Assembly (NCBI GenBank): GCA_964016885.1
Contig: CAXHJY010000701.1
Span: 19,874-83,873 of the forward strand
DNA from: Eledone cirrhosa
Lineage: Eukaryota
Direction of reading: 5' to 3'
DNA: 64,000 bases
Shown: positions 1 through 14,060 of the stretch, in pieces
Layout of the letters: each line of letters begins with the position of its first letter
Numbering within the stretch: position 1 is the first letter of the stretch
Translations under genes and position numbers: made by a program
The notes under the pieces: model-generated
The model's database searches: none
What the model was told of the DNA's origin: nothing
Seen by the model: only the letters and a program-made list of their open reading frames with translations

Positions 1-181
1 TATTAGAAATGGAAGCTTTCGCCGTAATTATGACTAAAGATATTTTTTAGCCGGGTAGTGGGCTTACAACCCTCTAAGAAATGGAAAACGAGGAGCATTG
101 TCGTACATCAATACACATTTTTTATTTCTAATTTCAAACTCGCACTCTGTATCAAAACAAACTTTCATGTCATATATATGC

Positions 182-256
<75 letters not shown>

Positions 257-258
<2 letters not shown>

Positions 259-351
259 AACCAGTAAGACCCCGACAGCTGAGCTCAAGCCGTTTCGACG
301 GGTAATTCTGGACGTTATGGTCCACCTGGTTCCTTACCACATTTCCTTCGT

Positions 352-352
<1 letters not shown>
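257..352. mobile_element. Family A TA-embedded module (internally deleted fold-back copy)
   Basis: Matches the copies at 10514, 24236, 44061 and 63107 (GACCCCGAC.GCTGAGCTCAAGCCGTTTCGACGG ... CGTTATGGTCCA.CTGGTTCCTTACCA); (TA)n on both sides. Confidence 0.8.
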
Positions 353-389
<37 letters not shown>

Positions 390-422
390 AGTGTGTGTGT
401 GTGTGTGAGAGAGAAAAACCAC

Positions 423-600
423 AGATGTGAGAAAAACCACAGACCCTCCATCTCAATTCTACTTTTGAAAAGAAGAACTGCGAAACCCGTAAAGGAACCA
501 AATAAGTTGCATTTTCGATTTCATCTATTTTCTTTACACTTTCACTCGTGTGGGACACCTCGGTTATTTTTCATTTTGTAAAAAAACCTCACTTTCTAAT
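423..600 (+). mobile_element. Family B module with decayed HHR
   Basis: GATGTGAGAAAAACCACAGACCCTCCATCTCAA.TCTACTTTTGAAAA... shared with 23811-24210, 42271-42458 and 43524-43712; ends in (TA)n. Confidence 0.8.
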
Positions 601-1244
601 AATATATATATATATATATATATGCTCAACGGACCTCTCTACAGCTTACGTCAACCAAAAATGTCACACCCACACCGTATTGGTAAACACAAGGCTAAAG
701 TAGAAGACACTTCGCGAAGATATCATGCACTGGACTGAACCCAAGACTATACATTTACCACTGCAATCAATTCTTTCTCTATTCCTCTATCTCTCTTTCA
801 CAATTCTTTTCTACCATTCTCTATCTCCTTCTCCTGACAAACTTGGCCATGTCCCCCCGACTATATTAGGGATAGACACCGTCAGATTTATAATGTCCAA
901 GACATGACATGTGTCAAGGCGACACCTTTACGACGCTGTCATAAGCTAACCACCCTTACTTTTCTTTTATTCACACAAATGAAAGGGATCAGGTGTGAGG
1001 TCACTGTTTTACACGTTTGACATTTGTTAGCATACAAAGAATAACGGACGACTTTGATAGGAAAAGCGTCCCTTCTAATTCTTTCTGTGACAAATGTCTT
1101 TTAACTGTAGGTTAATCTAATTAATGTTTTTGATTATACTTCTTAGATCAGAGGTCATTACATCAAAATCTAAGATATGATGTGTGATGTCTTCATATAC
1201 TAAATATATATATATATATAATTTTTAGACGCTTCTGCGATATA

Positions 1245-1322
<78 letters not shown>

Positions 1323-1441
1323 AGTGTATACACGCACATATATATAGGCATATGTATATGCGTGAGCTGAAATGATTACAGCGACGGGTATTTTTCTGAT
1401 TATCTCTCCCTCTATCTTCTATCTGTCAATTTATTTCCTCT

Positions 1442-1518
<77 letters not shown>

Positions 1519-1623
1519 AGACCCCTCCAGCAGACAACAGATGAGGAAAACTTCTCCTGTTCTTGCTTTCTTATTATTTTTCAGCCTAGCCTAATTAGCA
1601 ACTATACAGCCACTTCTCTTCTT

Positions 1624-1751
<128 letters not shown>

Positions 1752-1760
1752 TATATATAT

Positions 1761-2120
<360 letters not shown>

Positions 2121-2554
2121 TACACATATATACATATAGTGGGTTGTGAAAAGTGTAGGAAAGAGTGAAAGAAAGAAAGACTGTGTGTGTGTGTGTGTGA
2201 GAGAGAGTGAGAGAGAGAAGTACAGTGATATATATAGAGCAGTGACTATTCAATAATAAATTCTGATTTGTACAATCCCTTTATACCTCCATTAGGTTAT
2301 TCCTTCTTTCATACTTTCATTCAGTTAGTGTACCACGTGTGAATCTTTTATTTTATTCCTCTATATGCCTTCAACTCCCTCTCTCCTTCCACACACCTTC
2401 TGTTCTTCTATAGTGGCAAATTCGAAACCAGTGGATTCCATTACAACTCTTAAAAACAGTTATTTCATTACAGACAAACCTTTAACTGTTCTACTTCGCA
2501 CACGTCAAACTTGGCCAGTCATTTGTATTGATCTTTATAGGCAACAAAATTAAA

Positions 2555-2720
2555 TCTGATGTGCCTTTAGATGTGCCTTTAGATGTGCTGCGTCTCTTGA
2601 TTTAAATCTCCTCTGACAATGCAGTTGACAGCAATTCTGTCGTATATATTCTCCAATTAGGTCTTCTCCTGTTTTATTTCAAATAGTACACTCCATAACA
2701 AGATGACCTCCAAGCAAGGT
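2555..2720 (-). pseudogene. Decayed RTE-like LINE C-terminal fragment
   Basis: Minus-strand translation gives LAWRSSCYGV... and, after frame breaks, HCQRRFKSRDAAHLKAH, resembling the AWR...CxxCxRxFxSR..HL..H tail of RTE ORFs. Confidence 0.4.
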
Positions 2721-3112
2721 TTTAAAAAGAATTTACCCTCCCTTCACACATCTTCCTCTCTCGTCTTTTGCCTACATTGCTTTCTTAAAAAATATATATA
2801 TTACTTGATTTACTTGTATTGCTTAATACTTCAATATTGATGCATTTTATATATCTGTCTATGTTTTAAACTTGTACTTTCCTCAAATGTGCTTTGGAAT
2901 TTCATCATTACCGCCAATAAAAGTATTATTTCTTTCTATGTATTTGTATATACCTGAATGTACACGACGCCGTGTGCATACAGTCACGTATTCTCGTATA
3001 TATATATATATATGCGAAAATACGTGATATATATAAATATAAATATATGTATAAATGAAAAAATGGCGTAGACATACAATACAATACAATACAATAGGCG
3101 GAAACATAATAG

Positions 3113-3156
3113 TACCACTGATGATGCTGCAGATGTGCGACGAAAGAACTTTGATA
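3113..3156 (+). ncRNA. Degenerate minimal hammerhead ribozyme
   Basis: TACCA CTGATGA tgctgcagatgtgcgac GAAA gaac TT TGATA; helix I with one mismatch, weak helix II; followed by (TA)n. Confidence 0.5.
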
Positions 3157-3179
3157 GACTATATATATATATATTTATA

Positions 3180-3352
3180 TCTGTATTTTCAACCGCTGGT
3201 CAATCAATGGTAAACATTGATTGCAAGATAAATTAACTGTGGAGATATAAAAGATACAGAAGCGAAAACCAACCAAACAGTGAGTGTGTTCTCTTATTAT
3301 TTCTGGCAATATTACAATATTATAACAATATGACCCTCCCCAAGTATAACAA
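3180..3352 (-). mobile_element. Family F TA-embedded module
   Basis: Reverse complement of 18260-18400 (TTGTTATACTTGGGGAGGGTCATAT...AACACACTCACTGTTTGGTTGGTTTTCGCTT). Confidence 0.75.
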
Positions 3353-3363
3353 TATATATATAT

Positions 3364-3422
<59 letters not shown>

Positions 3423-3426
<4 letters not shown>

Positions 3427-3504
3427 AGATGTCCTAAAGATGTATACATATATTTATTAGAATGCTGTTGAAGTGTAAATACATTTTGTTTGGGACACTC
3501 TGTA
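3423..3504. mobile_element. Possible tiny Tc1/mariner-type MITE remnant
   Basis: TA|CAAGATGTCCTAAA ... TTTGGGACACTCTG|TA: imperfect TIRs resembling CAGGGTGTCCC, with TA flanks. Confidence 0.35.
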
Positions 3505-3610
3505 TTTATAGACAGGGAAACGGGCGAAGGCTTCAAGAACATCATCGAGGTCCGTCCCCTTGTCGTTTCAATTTGGATTGCCCCAGGAAATTAACCTTAT
3601 TATGTAAGAA

Positions 3611-3685
3611 GCTTTCTGATGAGATCATGGCCCTGGGTACGCGGAATTGCGTGGCCACTGTCATCCTTGAAATATGTATAACAGC
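3611..3685 (+). ncRNA. Type I hammerhead ribozyme, D-type (long helix II)
   Basis: GCTTT CTGATGA (3616-3622); helix II GAT..TGGCC..ACGC/GCGT GGCCA..ATC; GAAA (3669-3672) TATGTA TA; ACAGC pairs with GCTTT (one mismatch). Confidence 0.6.
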
Positions 3686-3693
3686 CTTATAAA

Positions 3694-3791
3694 TGAAGGA
3701 CTTTAACACCTGAAACTACTTCGCATTTTCTTATTCCATATTTATATAGAATAAGAAAATGCGAAGTAGGTTCAGATGTTAAAGTCCTTCA
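3694..3791. repeat. Inverted repeat, about 47-bp arms
   Basis: TGAAGGACTTTAACACCTGAAACTACTTCGCATTTTCTTATTC ... GAATAAGAAAATGCGAAGTAGGTTCAGATGTTAAAGTCCTTCA. Confidence 0.85.
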
Positions 3792-3892
3792 CCGAGAAGT
3801 GAAACAATTGTTCTCGCCCCTCTCTCTCACACAGATACACACGCACGCGCACGTACACACACACACGCACACACACACACATATATATATCT

Positions 3893-3960
<68 letters not shown>

Positions 3961-4054
3961 CCAGGTACACTCATATGTATAAATATGGGTGTTTGTAAAA
4001 ATTCCTATACCTGTCGTTCTCTCTCTCTCTCTTTCTATATATATATATATATGA

Positions 4055-4100
<46 letters not shown>

Positions 4101-4296
4101 TATTTCTGAAGACAGCATATATATATGTGTAGGTATGTATATACCCTCTGATAGTTTGTATAAATTTTGTACATAGATCTATAGAATATGCATACCGACT
4201 CTAACACATATATATCCTAGAAACGATCGTAAAATAATGAATCTTTTTTAATATAAGGAACTGTTTCTTTGTTTATTCATTATTTTTTTAATATTT

Positions 4297-4329
<33 letters not shown>

Positions 4330-5117
4330 ATGATATATATATGTAAAGATACATACACAATACACCATACATACCTCTACACATGAATACATGTATATAT
4401 GCATATATTTTTACATATATGAATTCATACTTATATACATATATATACAAACGTTACATACACTATTTACATACATACATACATATTTTAATACATATTT
4501 ACATACACATTTACATAAATACATTCATACGTACATACATATATAAAAGTTTGCATCACGTTTATCGATGTAGCTCCGCTAAAAGACATCAGTTTAACTT
4601 TCTGCTCATTTATCGATCTTTTCCAATTTTTAACGACGTTTTTTTTCTTCTTCTTTCTGGCTTTATATTAATTTATACTCTTTCAACTGTCTACAGGCCT
4701 ATACACTTCATATCGATCCCTTGTCTTATAGATCTATTTGAAACCCTCAAGTGATGCATATTATAGATTTGTGTAGTTTACATAGTAAATATTGAAAGAC
4801 AACATCAGCTCTACCTAACCTCTCTCTATACATCCCTACCGACGAACAAATATACAAACATCTATTGGTGTATAAGTGTATGTAAATATATATGTACATG
4901 TTAATACGTATTAGCATACGGATCAACACACAGATATATGCCCATGTACGCACGTACACGTAATCGCACATACATACATACGTACATATATATGTATAAT
5001 CCCAGGCACACACGCATGCACAAACACACACGCATGTCAACGAGGGGAAATAAGCTATGTTCTTGACATGCAAGAAATAGCAGCCAAATACTGACAAAGG
5101 AATACAAGTATTTATTG

Positions 5118-5148
<31 letters not shown>

Positions 5149-5699
5149 TGTATGTATGTATGTATGTATGTATGTGTTTATGTATGATATTATGTATTTA
5201 TGGAAATGTAAATGCACTTTTATCTAAATGGCAAACGCCCACACACGCACAGACATACACACACACAGAAACACACAAAGGTATACAAACACTCAGAAAT
5301 GCATGTATATATATGTGTGTGTGTGGTGTGTGTGTGTGTGTGTATGTATACATTCACACACACACACATATATATATATATATAGATAGATAGGTATGTT
5401 TCTTTATTAGCCACAAGGGCACAAAAGAAGGCGACAAATACAAAGGGGGGAAGATACACTATGCCTACATATAGATGGGATGGTCAAGGGTGGAAAGCTT
5501 ATGATCATAGAACTATTTGATCATTCCTGATCATTGGCTATACACCAGCAACAACATCAACACCAACAACATATACACAGACAGAGACATATATATGAGT
5601 ACGTCTATAATAACATATATAGAATTCTATACACACTAACACAAGCAGATACACATTTACATACATACACACACATATATATATATTATAATGTGTGCG

Positions 5700-5756
<57 letters not shown>

Positions 5757-5757
5757 T

Positions 5758-5819
<62 letters not shown>

Positions 5820-5826
5820 CACATAT

Positions 5827-5861
<35 letters not shown>

Positions 5862-5957
5862 GGTATATATACACACTTATATATATAGAACTCTATACAC
5901 ACTAACACAAGCAGATACATATTTACATACATACACACACATATGTATATATTATAA

Positions 5958-6002
<45 letters not shown>

Positions 6003-6059
6003 TTATATCTCTCTCTCTCTATATATATATATATTTATATATATATATTTATATATATA

Positions 6060-6144
<85 letters not shown>

Positions 6145-6174
6145 TATATACACACACTTATATATATATACACA

Positions 6175-6236
<62 letters not shown>

Positions 6237-6237
6237 T

Positions 6238-6312
<75 letters not shown>

Positions 6313-6313
6313 T

Positions 6314-6401
<88 letters not shown>

Positions 6402-7102
6402 ATATATAGACAGGTACATATATAGATACATGTATGTACACACATCTCTATAGAATATATAAACACATAGACACAGAGAGGAGACGAGTCAAATAAGACC
6501 TTACTATATCACCCTCTGACTCCATGTTCTCCGAACGTTCAGCTTTATTCCCTATGGGAGCCTCTCGGCATCGTATTGGTGAAACAGGCTGAATAGAGAA
6601 GATAATCCCTCAGATTCTGGTTCCATATCCACACGTGCTGACATTGATGTGATGACAACTCAGCTCAGTCACCCGAATCAATTTCCACACACCGCCAGCT
6701 AATACCTACATCTTCTTTCACCTGCCATAAGTTTTTATCTTATCTCTAATAAAAGTAGTTTCTAACAATGACAAGACATTTTAGTTGAGTGTGGGAGGGA
6801 GTGGGGGTGGGTGAGGTAAGTGGTGGTGGTGGTGCGGGATGAGGTGGATGTAATTTCGACCTTATCAACCTCAGTACTTGTTTGGTACATATACATATAT
6901 AACGTGGTCCATACATTGGATTTACCATTTAAAAAAAAAAGTATGTATGTATGAACCCGGAAATACTAGTGGAGTAGTAAGTTCACTGCATTGATACTCG
7001 GCGTTTGTTGGCATTTTAATTTTGGTCGAACCCACCCCATCCGTCTCTGGGTCTGAACACTGTCGATTTCCTCCAGCGAAAGAGTGAAATTAAGAGAGAG
7101 GG

Positions 7103-7177
<75 letters not shown>

Positions 7178-7189
7178 TATATATATATT

Positions 7190-7378
7190 TAATATAGAAA
7201 TGACTGCTACAGGACTAGAACTGTTTCATTCGGGAGAAATCAAGACGAAGCTGATTTCTCTCGAATAAAACAGTTCTGGTCCTGTAGAAGCCATTTCTAT
7301 ATTAAATATTTATACTCTGCTATGTATTGAGTACCTTACTTACTGTGGTTAGCCCCGATTGAACCCGGGATAAACTTA
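7190..7378 (+). mobile_element. Family C fold-back module
   Basis: Palindrome 7190-7305 plus tail TACTCTGCTATGTATTGAGTACCTTACTTACTGTGG...AACCCGGGATAAAC; homologous to 18510, 20073 and 63375; TA flanks. Confidence 0.8.
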
Positions 7379-7396
7379 TATATATATATATAGTAT

Positions 7397-7500
<104 letters not shown>

Positions 7501-7524
7501 GGAGAGAGAGAGAATCGACACCGG

Positions 7525-7660
7525 AAATGGACTGGTACTTTATTTATCAACCTCAAAATGATGAAACGCAACGTTGACCATGGACTGATGTGAACTCAGA
7601 AAGCCAGTTCGAATACGGCAAATAATCCTGTGTGACGCTCTAACAGCTCTGCCAATTCGG
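7525..7660 (-). mobile_element. Degenerate SINE family 1
   Basis: CTGGTACTTTATTTATC...TGAACTCAGAA...CTGCCAATTC is the reverse complement of the SINE1 consensus. Confidence 0.65.
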
Positions 7661-7789
7661 TTGATCCTCTACATGATAAATATGTCATCTCGACGGTGTA
7701 TGTTGTTATAGTCTGACTACAAGAACTGTCCACCAGAAATTCTGTAACGAATTACATTATGGCTTGTTTAATTATTTTATTTTTAAATG

Positions 7790-8025
7790 TCGGTCGCTTG
7801 GTTGGTTATATCAGTAGAACGTCGGACAAATTCTAAGCAGTATTCCTTCTGGTTTAACATGTTCTATGTCTTTACCTTCTGAATTCAAATCCCGCCGAGG
7901 TCAGCTTCATCTTTAGCCTTACGTGGTCTATAGAAAACTGTACTGGTAAGGAACTGAATTTGAGGTAATCGACATTATTCTTAGTTCAAATTGCTGGCCT
8001 TGTGCCTAAATTAGAAACCATTATT
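7790..8025 (+). mobile_element. SINE family 1 (tRNA-derived, diverged)
   Basis: B-box-like GAATTCAAATCCC GCCGAGGTCAGC..., 3' end TTGCTGGCCTTGTGCCTAAATTAGAAACCATTATT. Confidence 0.75.
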
Positions 8026-8663
8026 TTGATTTCAGAGCTGTTTTGTTTGTGTGTGTGAGACAAAGACCTGACTCCAACATGTGAACCAAACATCTTCCAT
8101 TCTGCTTATATTATTAGTCTAAATCTTTATTCTAACAAATGCTACATGTGATCTAAAGCATGTCGGACAAATCTATCATCAGAATTAACTGGAACCATTT
8201 TGAATACTAACATGAGTTTATCCAAGGCAATATTATATTGGTAAAGTAGAAGAATATATAAAAAGTTATGTGAGTAAATACATCACCAACAAACTAGAAA
8301 ATCTGGGATTTTCAGACAATGGACTTAACCCAAGTAACAAATTCAATCGAATATGAGGAACATTAAAGATATACAAGATTTTCCTGAAATTCACATATGA
8401 GGAAAGTTTGTCCCTTTGTGAGAGACCAACACCTTTCTTACAAAGAGAATTCAAGTAATTAAGAAAATAAAAAAGCAGAGAACACACACACACGTAAACC
8501 TATGCATGCATATGAACATACATTAACCCATACATGCATGCATATATGCATAGAGGAATGCATTGGTGTATATATACATACACACATATCTGCATACTTA
8601 CATAGATACCTACATACATTCATATAAACATAGATTTATTCTTACATACTTACACCGTGTATA

Positions 8664-9380
8664 TATAAAAATATATTTGTCTGCCTCTGTATGTAATAAA
8701 GTATGTATATATGCATGTATGTATATATAAACATATATTTGTCTGCCTCTGTATGTAAGAAAGTATGTATATATGCATGGATGTATATATAAAAATATAT
8801 TTGTCTGCCTCTGCATGTAATAAAGTATGTATATATAAAAATATATTTGTCTGCCTCTGTATGTAATAAAATATGTATATATGCATGTATGTATATATAA
8901 ATATATATTTGTCTGCCTCTGTATGTAATAAAGTATGTATATATAAAAATATATTTGTCTGCTTCTGTATGTAATAAAGTATGTATATATGCATGTATGT
9001 ATATATAAAAATATATTTGTCTGCATCTGTATGTAATAAAGTATGTATATATGCATGTATGTATATATAAAAATATATTTGTCTGCCTCTGTATGTAATA
9101 AAGTATGTATATATGCATGTATGTATATATAAAAATATATTTGTCTGCTTCTGTATGTAATAAAGTATGTATATATGCATGTATGTATATATAAAAATAT
9201 ATTTGTCTGCCTCTGTATGTAATAAAGTATGTATATATGCATGTATGTATATATAAAAATATATTTGTCTGCTTCTGTATGTAATAAAGTATGTATATAT
9301 GCATGTATATATATATAAAAATATATTTGTCTGCCTCTGTATGTAAGAAAGTATGTATATATGCATGTATGTATATATAA
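8664..9380. repeat. Minisatellite, 62-bp unit (two 46-bp deletion variants), 12 units
   Basis: TTTGTCTGCCTCTGTATGTAATAAAGTATG... recurs at 8679, 8741, 8803, 8849, 8911, 8957 ... 9329. Confidence 0.95.
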
Positions 9381-9623
9381 ATAGGTTAACGAGTATATTC
9401 GAGTGTATATAGGAAGGGGACAAGAGAATAGATCAAGCAACAAAACCGAGCAATTGGTCGTATTTACAAGTGTTGAGAACTTGAGAAGTAGTACTAAGAA
9501 TACAAGTCGATATGTATTTTACAACATACGTGACAGTTCGTTGGAATAAGAGAAAATACAGCTAAATAAATATATGAGAGGAAAAGATCAACAGTAAATA
9601 ATAACTGCATACATACACATCAA

Positions 9624-9766
<143 letters not shown>

Positions 9767-9865
9767 CATTTATATATATATATGTATGTAGTAAAATATA
9801 TATATAAATATATATATACATATATATATATATATCAATATATATTTATATTTATTTATATATAA

Positions 9866-9923
<58 letters not shown>

Positions 9924-10066
9924 TTATATATAAATAAATATAAATATATATTCATATATATATGTATATATATATTTATATATATATTTTACTACATACA
10001 TGTTTGTCTACATGTATATGTATATTTATGTGTACATACACACAGAGACGCAGGCAAACACACAAT

Positions 10067-10097
<31 letters not shown>

Positions 10098-10417
10098 ATG
10101 TTAAATGAAGACGTTAGCCAAACGAGATATACAAAATGACCTTCAAGTTCAAAAGGGTTGTTAAGAAGGCGTTTGGCTCGTCAGAGAACTCAAACACTCA
10201 CTAATATAAGTAAGCAAGCAAAAGAAGAGATATATATGTTTGAAGGAAATTGATAGCTGAGCAATAATATTGATTAACAACAATGAGTGTGTTTAAGAAA
10301 ACATTGGTAATTAAACATATATAAAGACATTTAAGTAGAGCTGAGACAAATATGGTAAAAAATAATAACAAAACCTAAATAAATGTAAGTAAATCAAGTT
10401 TGAAAAAAAAATTATGA

Positions 10418-10513
<96 letters not shown>

Positions 10514-10515
<2 letters not shown>

Positions 10516-10668
10516 CGAAGGAAATATGGTAAGGAACCAGGTGGACCATAACGCACCAAAGTACTCAATACTTAGGGTAGTAGAGTGGGTAATAGGAACG
10601 AGTAGGACCCCGACGGCTGAGCTCAAGCCGTTTCGACGGTTAATTCAGCCGTCGGGGTCCTACTCGTT

Positions 10669-10671
<3 letters not shown>
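10514..10671 (-). mobile_element. Family A fold-back module
   Basis: Long arm on the minus strand, short inverted arm TCAGCCGTCGGGGTCCTACTCGTTCC; (TA)n on both sides. Confidence 0.85.
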
Positions 10672-10748
<77 letters not shown>

Positions 10749-10803
10749 TAAATCACTGCTAATACTGGAATTGAAATATCAAAACCATAGAGGTATGTCA
10801 TAT

Positions 10804-10895
10804 ATCAAATCATATATTTTATCTGACGAGGACGTATTGGAAAAAAAAAAAGCACAGTACCTTCGAAATATATATAATAAAGCATATATTTTGAT
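10804..10895 (+). ncRNA. Type I hammerhead ribozyme (family D1, within module 10748-10930)
   Basis: TTTTAT CTGACGA (10823-10829); helix II GTATTG/CAGTAC; GAAA (10865-10868) TATATA TA; ATAAAG; helix I extends to ATCAAA/TTTGAT; homolog at 42122-42208. Confidence 0.75.
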
Positions 10896-11002
10896 TACGT
10901 AAATATCTTCATTTGTTAAAATTTTGAATAATATATATATATATATAAATATATATATAATTTTTTTCCTACTTGTCTTGATGATGATGATGATGATGAT
11001 GA

Positions 11003-11071
<69 letters not shown>

Positions 11072-11174
11072 CATATGTGTGTGTGGCAAGAACAGAACTC
11101 ACATTTTTCATTTTCTAGAAACTATACACACGCATACACTCGGACATACACATACGTACACACACTCACACATA

Positions 11175-11227
<53 letters not shown>

Positions 11228-11368
11228 GCGTCTTTATGTAAGTAGGTATGTATATGTGTATATGTATATCTGTCTATATATATATATATATATATACTTA
11301 TATCTATCTATGTATACATATAGAAATATATATATATATATACATACGTATATATAAATATGTATATA

Positions 11369-11404
<36 letters not shown>

Positions 11405-11879
11405 CGCACATACATAAATACTTATATATATATATACTGTACATATACATGTATTTGTCTATGTATATATGTGCAGACATATATATATATATATATATAT
11501 ATACGTACATACATACATAAATACATTAAGACATACTTACATATCATAGACAAGCAAATATACAGAACAATTTCTTTAATACCGTTTAACCTGGGTGGAG
11601 ATTTTAAAAAATCTGAGATCATAACGGCATTGTTGGTCGGTAGTAGTTAGTCATGATATCCGATACACGGCACACCTCTTAGTACCGAACTACATTAGCA
11701 CCTGTATGATATTTAGGGAACTTACCGGGAGGTACCTTTTGATGTTTTATGATCTAGCAAGGCTAAACAACGGGGTGTGATGTGGATGGATGCTCTATTA
11801 ATATTGTTGACTTTCGCCAGTTCATTCGGTATCAAAGAGTGATTAAGTGGTCTTCACTTTATAAAGCTCAATATTTCTA

Positions 11880-12165
11880 AGTGGAAGGATCTCCATCGGT
11901 TTTAACGAAGATGTGTCCCAGTTTTTTTTTTTTTTTAGCAGAGGATCAGTCTGACTTATGAAGCCTGAATTTCATACTGACACATGCATCCTTAACGCAT
12001 TTTTTAAGGAATTACAGGCACAAATCATTTTGGCCAGCCGTTGCATCATGATTGGAACAACGTAAAATAAAATGTATTTTTTTAAAGACATGATGCACTG
12101 CTGGGAATCGAACTCGTAACCGTATAATAGTGTGCCAATCACATTAATCACTCAGAGAAGCACCT
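11880..12165 (-). mobile_element. Degenerate SINE family 2-like copy
   Basis: GGAACAACGTAAAATAAAATGT...GGAATCGAACTC resembles the reverse complement of the head and core of 17877-18092. Confidence 0.55.
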
Positions 12166-12429
12166 TTAAAATATCTTCATATAAACAGAAACTCAACCAT
12201 GGCTGTGTGGATCAGGAGTTTTCTTCCACCGTAAGGCTCCTTTGTTAAGTGTTATCTGCTATAAGCTTGTGTTGATCAAGGCCTTCTGTATGGAATTTAG
12301 TGTCGAAAACTAGAGTGGCCCGTCGTAACAGTTTTGCAAGAGATGTCAACACGAATGGACATGTTATTTTTATCTAAATACATTTTTTCCAATGCCATCC
12401 CGCCCGTTCCCTCAATCTATCTCATTCTT

Positions 12430-12465
12430 TCTTCTGATGAAGGACTAGCGCCCGAAACGTTAAGA
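12430..12465 (+). ncRNA. Minimal hammerhead ribozyme of classic Penelope type
   Basis: TCTT CTGATGA AGG actagcg CCC GAAAC GTT AAGA: helix I TCTT/AAGA, palindromic AACGTT helix III, GUU site. Confidence 0.7.
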
Positions 12466-12558
12466 CAATCTTCCTGCTATATCAAACGTTAACCTAACAT
12501 ATCCCTTCCATATACTGTACCGAATGTGTTGTTATTTCTGTTTACCTTTTACACACAC

Positions 12559-12627
<69 letters not shown>

Positions 12628-13167
12628 CTATATAGAGAGGGAAAACACAAGAGAGTGTCCAGGAAAACATTTTCCTTTGAGGTCATTAAATTACAGGGTT
12701 ATATGCGAGTCCTTTCCTCTGTTGCTTTACTTGATATATATATATATATATATATACATTCCTTTTATCAATATTAAATAGCGAGTCTTGTTACACTGGA
12801 GATTCGAGAGTTTACCACAGTGTCATCTGACAAGAATTTAGTTCGGTATTGAATACTATTTTCTCTTAGTCGTCAACCACACACACAAAGACACACACAT
12901 ATACCACACACACACACACATACACACATACACACAGACACATATATATATACATATAATTATATTCCTATATGTATTTGTACGATTGTAGGGTCATAGT
13001 GGTATGAATTGTAATGAAGTGGAAAAAGTACACAATACTGTTACTTAGATTAGGATAATATTTATTCAAATTTGAGTGACCATTTGTTTCTAGAGGGAGC
13101 TTCTCGCTTCCAGGCATCCCAGTCCCCTTTTTGTCGGTGTATATATACAATATTACTCTCACATACG

Positions 13168-13261
<94 letters not shown>

Positions 13262-13347
13262 CATACATATATATATATACGTACATTCATAATAATTCTT
13301 ACATACCTACATATGTACATCTGTACCCACATACATACATGATTCAT

Positions 13348-13495
13348 AAGCTAGAATGGTCCCGATATCTGGAATATTCAAACATTCTTGCGATTCAAAG
13401 GAAAAACGAATGCACATGGGGCGACGAAATCTTTTCTTTTTTCATCTACGTTGCCACCGGGAAGGTTCCCGGTTAAAAAAAAATCAAAATTAATA
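13348..13495 (+). mobile_element. R4/Dong-like LINE extreme 3' end
   Basis: AAACATTCTTGCGATTCAAAGG and 3' UTR TTGCCACCGGGAAGGTTCCCGGTTAAAAAA match 14061-14340; embedded in (TACA)n. Confidence 0.55.
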
Positions 13496-14060
13496 TATAT
13501 ACGTACGTAGGTACCTACATACATGCATATACATACATACATACACACATACATCCATACATACACACATCCATCCATCCATCCATCCATCCATACATAC
13601 ATACACACATGATGGCTGACAACTCGTTTTCGAGTACGACCACTACTTTATATCCATGTAGGAGAACCCCTACCGACGCGCTGAACAAGTGTGACTTTTT
13701 AGTCCACCCAGTGACTTGAAAACTCTGGTACAAACACTACACTTGTGACAATTACTGACACATAGTGCTGGGCCCATGGTACCATGTGACGACAAGTGCA
13801 GAGAGATCTCCAGATATAAAGCAATGCCTGTGCCGTGAAGCTTTTATAGTGAGCAAAGGTACTGCACAAAGCCAGTCCCACTCTCTTAAACAAGATGATA
13901 TTTACCAAAAAGAAGAGCAAGTCAACATCATTGGATACCATCAGGGTTGCAGGTGTTATATCAGAGTTTTCCTTCTCCTAGAAATCTGCCTTGACAAAGG
14001 CTAAGGGGGTCATCTCTCCCATACACACATACATCCATATATACATACATACAATACAGT

